Shown one piece after another: positions 56,138-64,000 of a stretch of DNA of 64,000 bases (position 1 is its first letter; each line of letters starts with the position of its first letter). The translations under genes were made by a program, and so were the position numbers. Where the stretch lies: assembly GCA_041500225.1 (NCBI GenBank), contig JBGQLV010000004.1:14463-78462 (forward strand). The letters are read 5' to 3'. The DNA comes from Thermodesulfovibrionia bacterium (lineage in GTDB: Bacteria; Nitrospirota; Thermodesulfovibrionia; Thermodesulfovibrionales; SM23-35). Below the pieces are notes generated by a model. That model searched no databases. It saw only the letters and a program-made list of their open reading frames with translations, and was not told the origin of the DNA.

Positions 56138-58057
56138 CTATCGTAATAACATTGCCAATGCGATTATAAAGAATGCCCCGGCAGCCATTATGATTGCATA
56201 GTGATGTACAAGTCCTGTCTGTACCTTCCTCAAAATACCGCTGAAAATACCTATTGACCTTGGGACACCATTAACTATTCCCTCTATTATCTTTGCATCA
56301 GTAAAACCTACAAGGATGTTTTTTGCTATCCAGAGTGTAGGCCTCACAATTGTAAAACTATACAATTCGTCAACATAATATTTATTAAAGAGTATCCTGT
56401 AAATACTGCTAAAGTTCTTTGCGAGTCTAACAGGTATCTCTGTCTTCACAAGATAAAAAACTGCAGCGATTACGAGTCCGGAAAGAGCTATAGTTGTCGA
56501 AAGACCCATTATTCCCCATTCCTGTGCGTGTGTGCCATGGAACTCGGGATGCCCGACTACAGGCTTTAAAAACTCAGTAAAATGCGCACCTCCTCCCAGT
56601 AACGGGGTTATGCCTACCCACCCTACAGCCACTGCCCCTGCTGCAAGTATCATTAGAGGAATGGTCATAACATTAGGCGACTCATGAAGGTGATGCTCCT
56701 GCTTATGTGTTCCGCGGAATTTTCCGTGGAATGTAAGGAATATCATCCTGAATGAATAAAATGGAGTAAAAAATGCAACGCAAGTTACCATAATCCATAC
56801 AAATGTTCCAACATTAGTGCCGGACGCAAAGGCAGACCAGATTATCTCATCCTTGCTGAAAAACCCTGCTAAGCCGGGGACTCCGCCGGCGCTTAATGCT
56901 GCAATGAACATTGTAATGTATGTAAGCGGCATATATTTTTTTAAACCGCCCATCCCCTGGATGTCATTAGAATGAACGGCATGAATTACACTTCCAGCAC
57001 ATAAGAAGAGCAGCGCCTTGAAAAACGCATGGGTATAAAGGTGAAAAACCCCTGCAGCATATGCACCAACCCCGCACGCCACAAACATCATTCCAAGGTG
57101 GCTTAAAGTAGAGTAAGCGATTATCCTCTTGATATCATTCTGGACAACGGCTATCGTAGCAGCAAACAGGGACGTGACTGCCCCAATAATGGCTACCACA
57201 TTCATTGCTACAGGCGACAGACTAAATATGGAATTGCATCTTGCTACCATAAATACGCCTGCTGTAACCATTGTTGCAGCATGGATGAGTGCGCTGACAG
57301 GTGTTGGGCCTTCCATTGCATCAGGAAGCCAGACATGCAATGGAATCTGGGCAGATTTACCGACTGCGCCGCAGAAGAGAAGCAGGGCTATCAATGTAAT
57401 TAAGTCAACCTCGTATCCGAGGAAATTAACTGTGTGGCCAACAAAGTTTTTTATCCCGGCAAATACAGGGACATAGTGAAGCGTCCCAAAGGTGAGGAAT
57501 ATCATGAATATGCCGAGGGCAAATCCAAAGTCGCCAAATCTGTTTACTATAAATGCCTTCTTGCCTGCATCGGCTGCCGACTTCTTCTCAAACCAGAAAC
57601 CTATCAGGAAATATGAACAAAGACCAACGCCCTCCCAACCAAGATAAAGCTGGAGGAAGTTATTTGCCGTGACGAGCATGAGCATGAAGAATACGAAGAG
57701 GCTTAAGTAGGAGAAGAACCTGTAATATCCCTTATCGCCATGCATATAACCTATGGCATAGATATGTATAAGAGAGCCCACACCTGTTACAACTATAAGC
57801 ATTACAGCAGTTAATTGGTCAATAAGGAAACCGAAAGAGACCTTGAAGTTACCAGACACTATCCATGTGTATAAATCTTCATTGATTATCTTCCCATGAA
57901 TAACATCAAAGAGGGTCATTACAGATATAACAAAAGAACCTATAATTGCGAGGCAAGAAGGCCAATGTGCCTTATCTCTTAAAGCCTCTTTCCCGAGCAG
58001 GATATTAATTAGAAACGCTGCGAGTGGTAAAAATGGTATTAAAAGATAATATTTCAT
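56138..58057 (-). CDS. nuoL: Complex I-type subunit L
   Basis: 639 aa. WLPDAMEGPTPVSALIHAATMV and a C-terminal extension consistent with the lateral helix. Confidence 0.85.
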   Translation of the reverse strand: MKYYLLIPFLPLAAFLINILLGKEALRDKAHWPSCLAIIGSFVISVMTLFDVIHGKIINEDLYTWIVSGNFKVSFGFLIDQLTAVMLIVVTGVGSLIHIYAIGYMHGDKGYYRFFSYLSLFVFFMLMLVTANNFLQLYLGWEGVGLCSYFLIGFWFEKKSAADAGKKAFIVNRFGDFGFALGIFMIFLTFGTLHYVPVFAGIKNFVGHTVNFLGYEVDLITLIALLLFCGAVGKSAQIPLHVWLPDAMEGPTPVSALIHAATMVTAGVFMVARCNSIFSLSPVAMNVVAIIGAVTSLFAATIAVVQNDIKRIIAYSTLSHLGMMFVACGVGAYAAGVFHLYTHAFFKALLFLCAGSVIHAVHSNDIQGMGGLKKYMPLTYITMFIAALSAGGVPGLAGFFSKDEIIWSAFASGTNVGTFVWIMVTCVAFFTPFYSFRMIFLTFHGKFRGTHKQEHHLHESPNVMTIPLMILAAGAVAVGWVGITPLLGGGAHFTEFLKPVVGHPEFHGTHAQEWGIMGLSTTIALSGLVIAAVFYLVKTEIPVRLAKNFSSIYRILFNKYYVDELYSFTIVRPTLWIAKNILVGFTDAKIIEGIVNGVPRSIGIFSGILRKVQTGLVHHYAIIMAAGAFFIIALAMLLR

Positions 58058-58092
58058 ATTCTCAGTCCTCTAACTCCAACTTTTTAATTTCA

Positions 58093-58395
58093 TCATCCGT
58101 GCATCTCATGTATATCGTCCACGTGTGCAGTGGCCTTGTTTCTGAATAAGGCTATGACTATTGCAAGCCCTATTGCTGCCTCAGAAGCTGCGACAGCAAT
58201 TACGAAGAAGGCAAGTATCTGTCCCCTCATGTCCTGAAGGTAGTGGCTGAATGAAATTAGACTGATATTTACAGCATTAAGCATCAGCTCTATAGACATG
58301 AACATGATAATGATATTCCTTCTGGAAAGGAATCCGAAGACTCCTATCGTGAAGACCACTGCACTGAGCAATATATACCAGTTTAATGGAACCAT
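58093..58395 (-). CDS. nuoK: Complex I-type subunit K
   Basis: 100 aa with 3 TM segments. SEAAIGLAI motif. Confidence 0.85.
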   Translation of the reverse strand: MVPLNWYILLSAVVFTIGVFGFLSRRNIIIMFMSIELMLNAVNISLISFSHYLQDMRGQILAFFVIAVAASEAAIGLAIVIALFRNKATAHVDDIHEMHG

Positions 58396-58398
58396 TGT

Positions 58399-58911
58399 TT
58401 AACTTTTAACCCTCTTTTTTGCAAGGACTATTGCACCAACTATTGCCACAAGGAGTATAAGTGATGCCACCTCAAATGGAAATAAGAAATCTGTGTACAA
58501 TAATTTCCCTAAAACCTTTATATTCGATTCCTTCTTTATAAGATCCACTGTGTATTTGCCTTGCGGCCCGGCTACGAATGATCTGACCGACATAGTGATG
58601 ACTACTAAAAGACCAACTGCAAAGGTAAAACCTGTTGGCCATGCACCAATAAATTTATTTATCCTTAATTCTTCCCTGATATTCATCAGCAGCACGACAA
58701 ATAAAAACAATACGAGTATTCCACCTGCATATACGATGATCTGTATTGCAGCCATAAATTCAGCATTCAAGAACAGATATAAACTTGCAATATGGAAAAA
58801 TAGCAGAAGCATCCAGAGAACACTATGAACAGGGTTCTTCCTTGTTATTACAAGCACTGAAAGTAAAACTATAGCAAATGCAAAATATGCAAAGAATAAT
58901 TGAGAAATCAT
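58399..58911 (-). CDS. nuoJ: Complex I-type subunit J
   Basis: 170 aa hydrophobic protein in the operon position between nuoI and nuoK. Confidence 0.8.
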   Translation of the reverse strand: MISQLFFAYFAFAIVLLSVLVITRKNPVHSVLWMLLLFFHIASLYLFLNAEFMAAIQIIVYAGGILVLFLFVVLLMNIREELRINKFIGAWPTGFTFAVGLLVVITMSVRSFVAGPQGKYTVDLIKKESNIKVLGKLLYTDFLFPFEVASLILLVAIVGAIVLAKKRVKS

Positions 58912-59438
58912 TACTTTCTCCCTCTAAATACAGCCTGACCTTCAGGGGTTCCGAAATCCTCAGACATAGGTCGCCAGAATTTCTTGAAATACTCCTCGCC
59001 TTTTTTGCCAGGCATATATTTATCCCAGTTCGATAAGAGCTTGTCTTTTTTCATATATATGTTTTCTTTCTTATAATCAGAGTATTCATAATTTTCTGTT
59101 AATACAATTGCACCATAAGGACATGCTTCAACACAGAAACCGCAGTAAATGCATCTCAGGATATCTATCTCGTATTTTTCGACCTTTCCCTGCGCCCTTG
59201 AAATATGAATGCATTGTGATGGGCAAATGGTAGCACAGAGTCCGCAGCCGACACATTTTGCTTTACCTTCTGGATTTTTTGCAAGGGCATGCTGTCCCCT
59301 GAAACCCGGCGCTATGTGCCGTCTTTCCTTGGGATATTGAATAGTAACTGCGTGTGAGAACATTTTTCTCAAAGTAAGGGCCATGCCCTGGAATATTTCT
59401 ATAAAGGTGAATCTTTTTACAATTTCCCTTACAGTCAC
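58911..59438 (-). CDS. nuoI: Complex I-type subunit I (2x[4Fe-4S])
   Basis: 175 aa. CVGCGLCATICP and CIYCGFCVEACP. GTG start with AAGGGAG upstream. Confidence 0.9.
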   Translation of the reverse strand: MTVREIVKRFTFIEIFQGMALTLRKMFSHAVTIQYPKERRHIAPGFRGQHALAKNPEGKAKCVGCGLCATICPSQCIHISRAQGKVEKYEIDILRCIYCGFCVEACPYGAIVLTENYEYSDYKKENIYMKKDKLLSNWDKYMPGKKGEEYFKKFWRPMSEDFGTPEGQAVFRGRK

Positions 59439-59439
59439 G

Positions 59440-60546
59440 CTATGCTCCCTTTAAAGTAGTAATGATAATTTTTACCAAACCCGTTACCAATATATTTGCC
59501 AGTGCAATCGGAATGAGTATCTTCCATCCAATTGCCATAAGCTGGTCATACCTGTACCTTGGTACCGTTGCCCTTATCCAGTAATAGAAGAATATGAATG
59601 CATAGACTTTCATGAGGAACCATACGATACCGGGAACTAATGTTATGAACGGCACAAATTTTGTAATATACCACGGCAATGTCCACCCGCCGAGGAAACA
59701 TACTGTTGCCATTGATGCCATAATAAACATTGCTATATATTCACCAAGGAAGAAGAGTGCAAACCTGAATCCGCTGTACTCGGTAAAATATCCGGCAACA
59801 AGCTCGCTTTCTGCCTCAGGCATGTCAAACGGAGTCCTGTTCACCTCGGCTACCGCTGCGATCGTAAAGACCACAAAACCGACTATCTGAGGGATCGCGA
59901 ACATGCCAAAGATGGATTCTTCCTGTGCGCGAACGATATCTGTAAGGTTCAGTGAACCTGCCATGATCATGACACCCACAAGGCTCAGCCCCAAGGCAAT
60001 CTCGTAACTGATAACCTGAGCAGCTGACCTGAGACCTCCGATAAATGCGTATTTGGAGTTCGATGCCCATCCTGATATAAATATGCCATAGACACCGATA
60101 CCTGCCATGGCAAAGACGAATAACAGTCCTATATTGATGTTTGCAATTACAAAATTAAGAGAGAAAGGTATATTTGCAATTACAAAATCATAAGAACTAT
60201 AAGAGAAAGGTATAAATGAAAGGTTTATCATAGCCGAAGCCATAAAGATGAGAGGGGCAAGATAGAAGACGGGTTTATCCGCCTTGTCAGGTATGATATC
60301 TTCTTTAAAGAATAATTTCAGACCATCTGCGAACGGCTGTAAAAGTCCATGTGGCCCTACCCTCATGGGGCCAAGTCTCACCTGCATATGTCCGATGACT
60401 TTACGTTCAAAATATGTCGCATATGCGACATGAAGTAATCCGATGCCAAGAACGACTGCGATCTTGATTATGATAATTAATACATTAATCCCGAATTTGA
60501 TTAAAGCATCGAGTTGTTCAGGTGTTATGATATTCGAGATATTCAT
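59440..60546 (-). CDS. nuoH: Complex I-type subunit H
   Basis: 368 aa polytopic. RVGPHGLLQPFADGLKLF, and NRTPFDMPEAESELVAGY. Confidence 0.9.
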   Translation of the reverse strand: MNISNIITPEQLDALIKFGINVLIIIIKIAVVLGIGLLHVAYATYFERKVIGHMQVRLGPMRVGPHGLLQPFADGLKLFFKEDIIPDKADKPVFYLAPLIFMASAMINLSFIPFSYSSYDFVIANIPFSLNFVIANINIGLLFVFAMAGIGVYGIFISGWASNSKYAFIGGLRSAAQVISYEIALGLSLVGVMIMAGSLNLTDIVRAQEESIFGMFAIPQIVGFVVFTIAAVAEVNRTPFDMPEAESELVAGYFTEYSGFRFALFFLGEYIAMFIMASMATVCFLGGWTLPWYITKFVPFITLVPGIVWFLMKVYAFIFFYYWIRATVPRYRYDQLMAIGWKILIPIALANILVTGLVKIIITTLKGA

Positions 60547-60548
60547 AG

Positions 60549-62009
60549 CTATCTATCACACTCTCCAAGCACGATATCGATCGTACCGATGGCTGCGATA
60601 ACGTCAGCAACCAGATGCCCGACACAGAGTCTCGGTAAACAGCCGGCATGGATAAACGATGGAGCCCTTAGCCTCATCCTGTAAGGTTTTCCGGAACCGT
60701 CGCTCACAAAATAAAAACCGAGTTCACCCTTCGGAACTTCTGTCGCAACATAGAGCTCTCCCTCAGGTGCCCTTGGCCCCCTTTTAACAAAAGTGAAGTG
60801 CTCAACAAGATGTGCTGTAGCTTTTGTGATTTCTTCTGGTAAAGGAGCTGCAGCTAATTCTTTAAGTTTGTCCTCGCTGAGGCCCTTACCACCAGGTACT
60901 ATTTTTAATCCCTTGAATTTGCATACCGCTAAACAGTTAGCACATTGTAAGCAGATTGCCTGGTCTATCTTGTGTGGCTTTTTCTTTTCTCCTGTAATAG
61001 CTTTCGCAGGGCATGCCCTCATGCACATGCCACATCCTTTACAGACCTTTTCTTCAATATAATATGCATGTTGTTTTGTAGGATGTGTAACAGGAAACAT
61101 TGCATCCTTCGGTTGAAGTGTAAATTTCGGGGCATCGGCCATAACAGGTCCTGGGGGCAACTTTTCGATACACTGTCTGATGATATTATTTGACTGCCTC
61201 ATCTCCAGCATCCTGCAGCGGTATCTGTCATATGTATCGCCTTCTGTCCCGATAGGCACATCAAACTCGACCTTATCATATGCATCATAAGGGGCGTGTT
61301 TCCTAATGTCATAAGGAACTCCGGACCCCCTTAATGTTGGGCCTGTCATTCCCCAGCTTACTGCCTCCTCTGCTGAGATTACGCCAATGCCTTTTGTCCT
61401 CTTGAGCCATATCCTGTTCTGGTCGATCAGCGTCTCATATTCCAGAATCCTTGAAGGGAACTCATCCGTAAATTTCCAGAGGCTGTCGAGAAATTCCTGT
61501 GGGACATCGTTTCTTACGCCGCCTACCCTTGGATAGGTCACGGTGAGACGTGCACCGCAGATCATCTCATACAGGTCAAGAATCCATTCCCTTTCACGGA
61601 AGCAGTAGAGAAACACGGTCATTGCACCAATATCAAGGGCATGGGTTGCAAGCCAGAGCAGATGGTTCGCTATCCTCGACATCTCACCAACAATTGTTCT
61701 TATAAACTTTGCCCTTTCAGGAGCCTCTATTCCAAACAGTTTTTCGACTGCAATTACGTAGCCAATATTATTTGACATTGCTGAGACATAATCCATCCTG
61801 TCAGTCAGCGGCAGGGCCTGGAAATAACTCAAGCTTTCACCGAGTTTCTCAATACCCCTGTGAAGATAGCCTACATGAGGTGTTACCTTAACAATTGTTT
61901 CACCGTCTATATCAAGAACGAGTCTCAGAACACCGTGCGTAGCAGGGTGCTGCGGCCCCATGTTTACATTGAGCTCTCTTGTTTCAAATATCTTCTCTAA
62001 CTGTTCCAT
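60549..62009 (-). CDS. nuoD: Complex I-type subunit D with an internal 2x[4Fe-4S] ferredoxin-domain insertion
   Basis: The track start at 62027 is TTG. The ATG at 62009 lies 1 nt after the nuoC stop, with GGAAGGA upstream. [15 protein letters not shown], then the C-terminal [36 protein letters not shown]. The insert [12 protein letters not shown] .. [11 protein letters not shown] is at 60828-61067. Confidence 0.9.
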   Translation of the reverse strand: MEQLEKIFETRELNVNMGPQHPATHGVLRLVLDIDGETIVKVTPHVGYLHRGIEKLGESLSYFQALPLTDRMDYVSAMSNNIGYVIAVEKLFGIEAPERAKFIRTIVGEMSRIANHLLWLATHALDIGAMTVFLYCFREREWILDLYEMICGARLTVTYPRVGGVRNDVPQEFLDSLWKFTDEFPSRILEYETLIDQNRIWLKRTKGIGVISAEEAVSWGMTGPTLRGSGVPYDIRKHAPYDAYDKVEFDVPIGTEGDTYDRYRCRMLEMRQSNNIIRQCIEKLPPGPVMADAPKFTLQPKDAMFPVTHPTKQHAYYIEEKVCKGCGMCMRACPAKAITGEKKKPHKIDQAICLQCANCLAVCKFKGLKIVPGGKGLSEDKLKELAAAPLPEEITKATAHLVEHFTFVKRGPRAPEGELYVATEVPKGELGFYFVSDGSGKPYRMRLRAPSFIHAGCLPRLCVGHLVADVIAAIGTIDIVLGECDR

Positions 62010-62010
62010 C

Positions 62011-62601
62011 CTATCCTTCCCACTCAAACTCTTTTAATTCTTTTGACCTATTGAGCACTTCAATAAAACCAGGCCAATCATTTTCAGGTCCGGGTCCCTT
62101 TAAAGGGTAGTCCTTTCTTAAGGGATGGCCTTCCCAGTCTTCCGGCAGAAGGATTCTCCTGAGGTCAGGGTGGCCAGTGAATACAATACCGAACATATCA
62201 AAGCATTCCCTTTCATGCCAGTTTGCACCGGCCCATACCGGAACTACCGAATTGATCTTAGGGTTTGGTTCAGGAACCTGTGCCCTGATACGAATCTTAT
62301 GACGATATTTTATGGAATAAAGGTTATAAACAACCTCGAATCTGACGTCTTTTTTACCGCTGTAATCAACAGCGGTGAGGTCCTGGAGGTGGTCTAAACT
62401 TAAAAGAGGGTCGTCATGGAGATATTTACAGATCGGAACTACCTGATCCTTCTTTACAATAACTGAAACCTGATCTCTGAACTCTGCAACATCAATTACC
62501 TGATCGGGAAATTTTTCCTTTATCTTTTCTGCTATCTCTTTTGCTTCCAGTCCCTTAGGGGGTAACGACAATCTTACTTCTATTACCGCCATGGACTCCA
62601 C
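62011..62601 (-). CDS. nuoC: Complex I-type subunit C
   Basis: 196 aa. [26 protein letters not shown]. The track start is GTG. The alternative ATG is at 62592. Confidence 0.9.
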   Translation of the reverse strand: MESMAVIEVRLSLPPKGLEAKEIAEKIKEKFPDQVIDVAEFRDQVSVIVKKDQVVPICKYLHDDPLLSLDHLQDLTAVDYSGKKDVRFEVVYNLYSIKYRHKIRIRAQVPEPNPKINSVVPVWAGANWHERECFDMFGIVFTGHPDLRRILLPEDWEGHPLRKDYPLKGPGPENDWPGFIEVLNRSKELKEFEWEG

Positions 62602-63104
62602 CTCGCGTGTTCTTTTCTTATCTTTTCCTGAAGCATCATCATGCCCTCGAGCAATGTTTCAGGTCTCGGTGGACAACCAGGAACATAGACATCAACGGGA
62701 AGGAATGTATCACATCCCTGTACTGTACTGTACGTCCTGAACACTCCACCTGTGCATGCACAACTTCCCATTGCAACCACATACCTCGGTTCAGGAATCT
62801 GGTCGTACACCCTTCTGACAACTGGGGCCATCTTCTTTGTAACTGTACCGGCAACGATCACACAATCTGCCTGCCTTGGTGAGCCCCTGAATATAATGCC
62901 GAACCTGTCAAAGTCATAGTGGGCTGCGCCTGCGGCCATCATTTCAATTGCGCAACATGCGAGTCCGAAGGTTGTAGGCCAGATTGAGGATAACCTTCCC
63001 CAATTAACAATTTTATCCAGAGAGGTGATGATCAAATTCGGGGGTAAAATCTTAGTCCCGTCATCTAACGTAACAAGCCCAGTTGCTGATGTGTCTATTA
63101 ACAT
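62583..63104 (-). CDS. nuoB: Complex I-type subunit B (N2 cluster)
   Basis: 173 aa. [26 protein letters not shown]. Confidence 0.9.
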   Translation of the reverse strand: MLIDTSATGLVTLDDGTKILPPNLIITSLDKIVNWGRLSSIWPTTFGLACCAIEMMAAGAAHYDFDRFGIIFRGSPRQADCVIVAGTVTKKMAPVVRRVYDQIPEPRYVVAMGSCACTGGVFRTYSTVQGCDTFLPVDVYVPGCPPRPETLLEGMMMLQEKIRKEHARWSPWR

Positions 63105-63135
63105 CTCTTACCTCTAACTATCTTATTAATCCTGA

Positions 63136-63507
63136 TTAATCCCACTGAAATGCCTCTTTTTTCCAGGCATAAATATAACCGATTAAAAGTATCGCAATAA
63201 ATATAACCATTTCTATAAAGGCGTAAATCCCGATTTTGTCGAATACCACAGCCCAGGGATAAATGAAAACGGCCTCAACGTCGAATACTACAAAAAGCAT
63301 GGCTATGATATAAAATCTGATAGTAAACCTGGTGCGCGGTTCGCCTGTTGGAGTGATACCTGATTCATAAGGCATAAGTTTTTCATAATATGGCTTCTTT
63401 AATCTGAAGATTGTACCGATTAATAAAGCGCCCAAGCCAAAAGCCACGGCGATTATAATGAATATAAGAACCGGTAAATATTCTGATGGAATATACGTTC
63501 CAGGCAT
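63136..63507 (-). CDS. nuoA: Complex I-type subunit A
   Basis: 123 aa with 3 TM segments. YESGI..P motif. First gene of the operon. Confidence 0.85.
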   Translation of the reverse strand: MPGTYIPSEYLPVLIFIIIAVAFGLGALLIGTIFRLKKPYYEKLMPYESGITPTGEPRTRFTIRFYIIAMLFVVFDVEAVFIYPWAVVFDKIGIYAFIEMVIFIAILLIGYIYAWKKEAFQWD

Positions 63508-63633
63508 AAACGGTTATGTTATACTTAAAAGCGTTAATTCTTGTCAAGTAAAAAATTTAAGATGTAAAATGATTATTAAAATTTCAAATAGGTATTTAAA
63601 AAAAGTTAAAGTTTTTTAAAAAGGGGGATTTTA

Positions 63634-64000
63634 ATGTTTAAAATATTAAAAAAGGAAGAACTGTCGGATTTAGTGACCTTATTCGAGATTGATGCAAAAG
63701 ATATTGCGAGGAAGGCAAAGCCAGGCAATTTTTTTGTCCTTAGAATCAATGAACAAGGAGAGAGGATACCTTTAACTATTGCTGATTTTGATAGGGGAAA
63801 GGGAATCTTAACTACAGTCTTCCAGAAGGTTGGAAAGACAACCCATCTTTTGGGGTCATTAAATGCAGGTGATTTCATATCTGATATTATCGGCCCACTT
63901 GGTAAACATTCCCCTATAGAAAAATTTGGAAAGATCGTTTGTGTAGGCGGTGGTGTTGGGATAGCGCCTATCTATCCAATAGCAAGGGCATTAAAAGAGG
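63634..64000 (+). CDS. NfnA / sulfide-dehydrogenase-like FAD/NAD(P)-binding subunit (partial, 3' end beyond window)
   Basis: Not in the track because it is open at the window end. My translation is MFKILKKEELSDLVTLFEIDAKDIARKAKPGNFFVLRINEQGERIPLTIADFD..IVCVGGGVGIAPIYPIARALKE, typical of the PyrK/NfnA family. Confidence 0.7.
   Translation, partial: MFKILKKEELSDLVTLFEIDAKDIARKAKPGNFFVLRINEQGERIPLTIADFDRGKGILTTVFQKVGKTTHLLGSLNAGDFISDIIGPLGKHSPIEKFGKIVCVGGGVGIAPIYPIARALKE

Overview
I read this 64-kb window by eye using the supplied ORF track. I ran no database searches, so every family call rests on recognised motifs. It looks like a chromosomal segment from a low-GC, diderm, rod-shaped anaerobe with a dissimilatory sulfur pathway. 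The taxon (a Thermodesulfovibrio/Nitrospirota-like or deltaproteobacterial-type sulfate reducer) is inference only.

Gene order:
- 1-6.5 kb: LPS/O-antigen genes (four GT2 glycosyltransferases, an O-antigen-ligase-like membrane protein, msbA).
- 6.8-10.9 kb: single-chain purL.
- 10.9-15.1 kb: MacAB-like efflux set (MFP, ATPase, two FtsX permeases).
- 15.3-16.6 kb: HAMP-GGDEF protein with a GGDDF motif, then tRNA-Met(CAU).
- 17.3-24 kb: rodA, cysK, mrdA, mreDCB and an RDD protein.
- 24.1-42.8 kb: rdgB, then a sulfate-activation supercluster of adk, sat, a 101-aa ORF, aprBA, a 6.2-kb island, qmoABC and hppA.
- 43-53 kb: an AICARFT-only purH, an ABC exporter pair, small ORFs, a lipoprotein, malQ and glgC.
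- 53.1-63.5 kb: an 11-gene nuoABCDHIJKLMN operon with no nuoEFG.
- Window end: a partial nfnA-like gene.

Strongest leads:
1. NuoD carries an in-frame insertion of about 80 aa with two complete CxxCxxCxxxC ferredoxin motifs, in an operon that lacks the NADH-input module.
2. aprBA and qmoABC are split by a repeat-bounded island. It encodes two paralogous YkgJ/COG0727-type Cys-cluster proteins, a third divergent one, a cytoplasmic 7-repeat propeller, a 92-aa protein and an HsdR_N-like protein. A truncated fourth YkgJ-like copy lies after hppA.
3. GC-rich palindromic, MITE-like elements and heptamer tandem repeats sit in-frame inside purL (and possibly malQ), and related elements lie in intergenic DNA.

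I saw no CRISPR array, rRNA, transposase or integrase.
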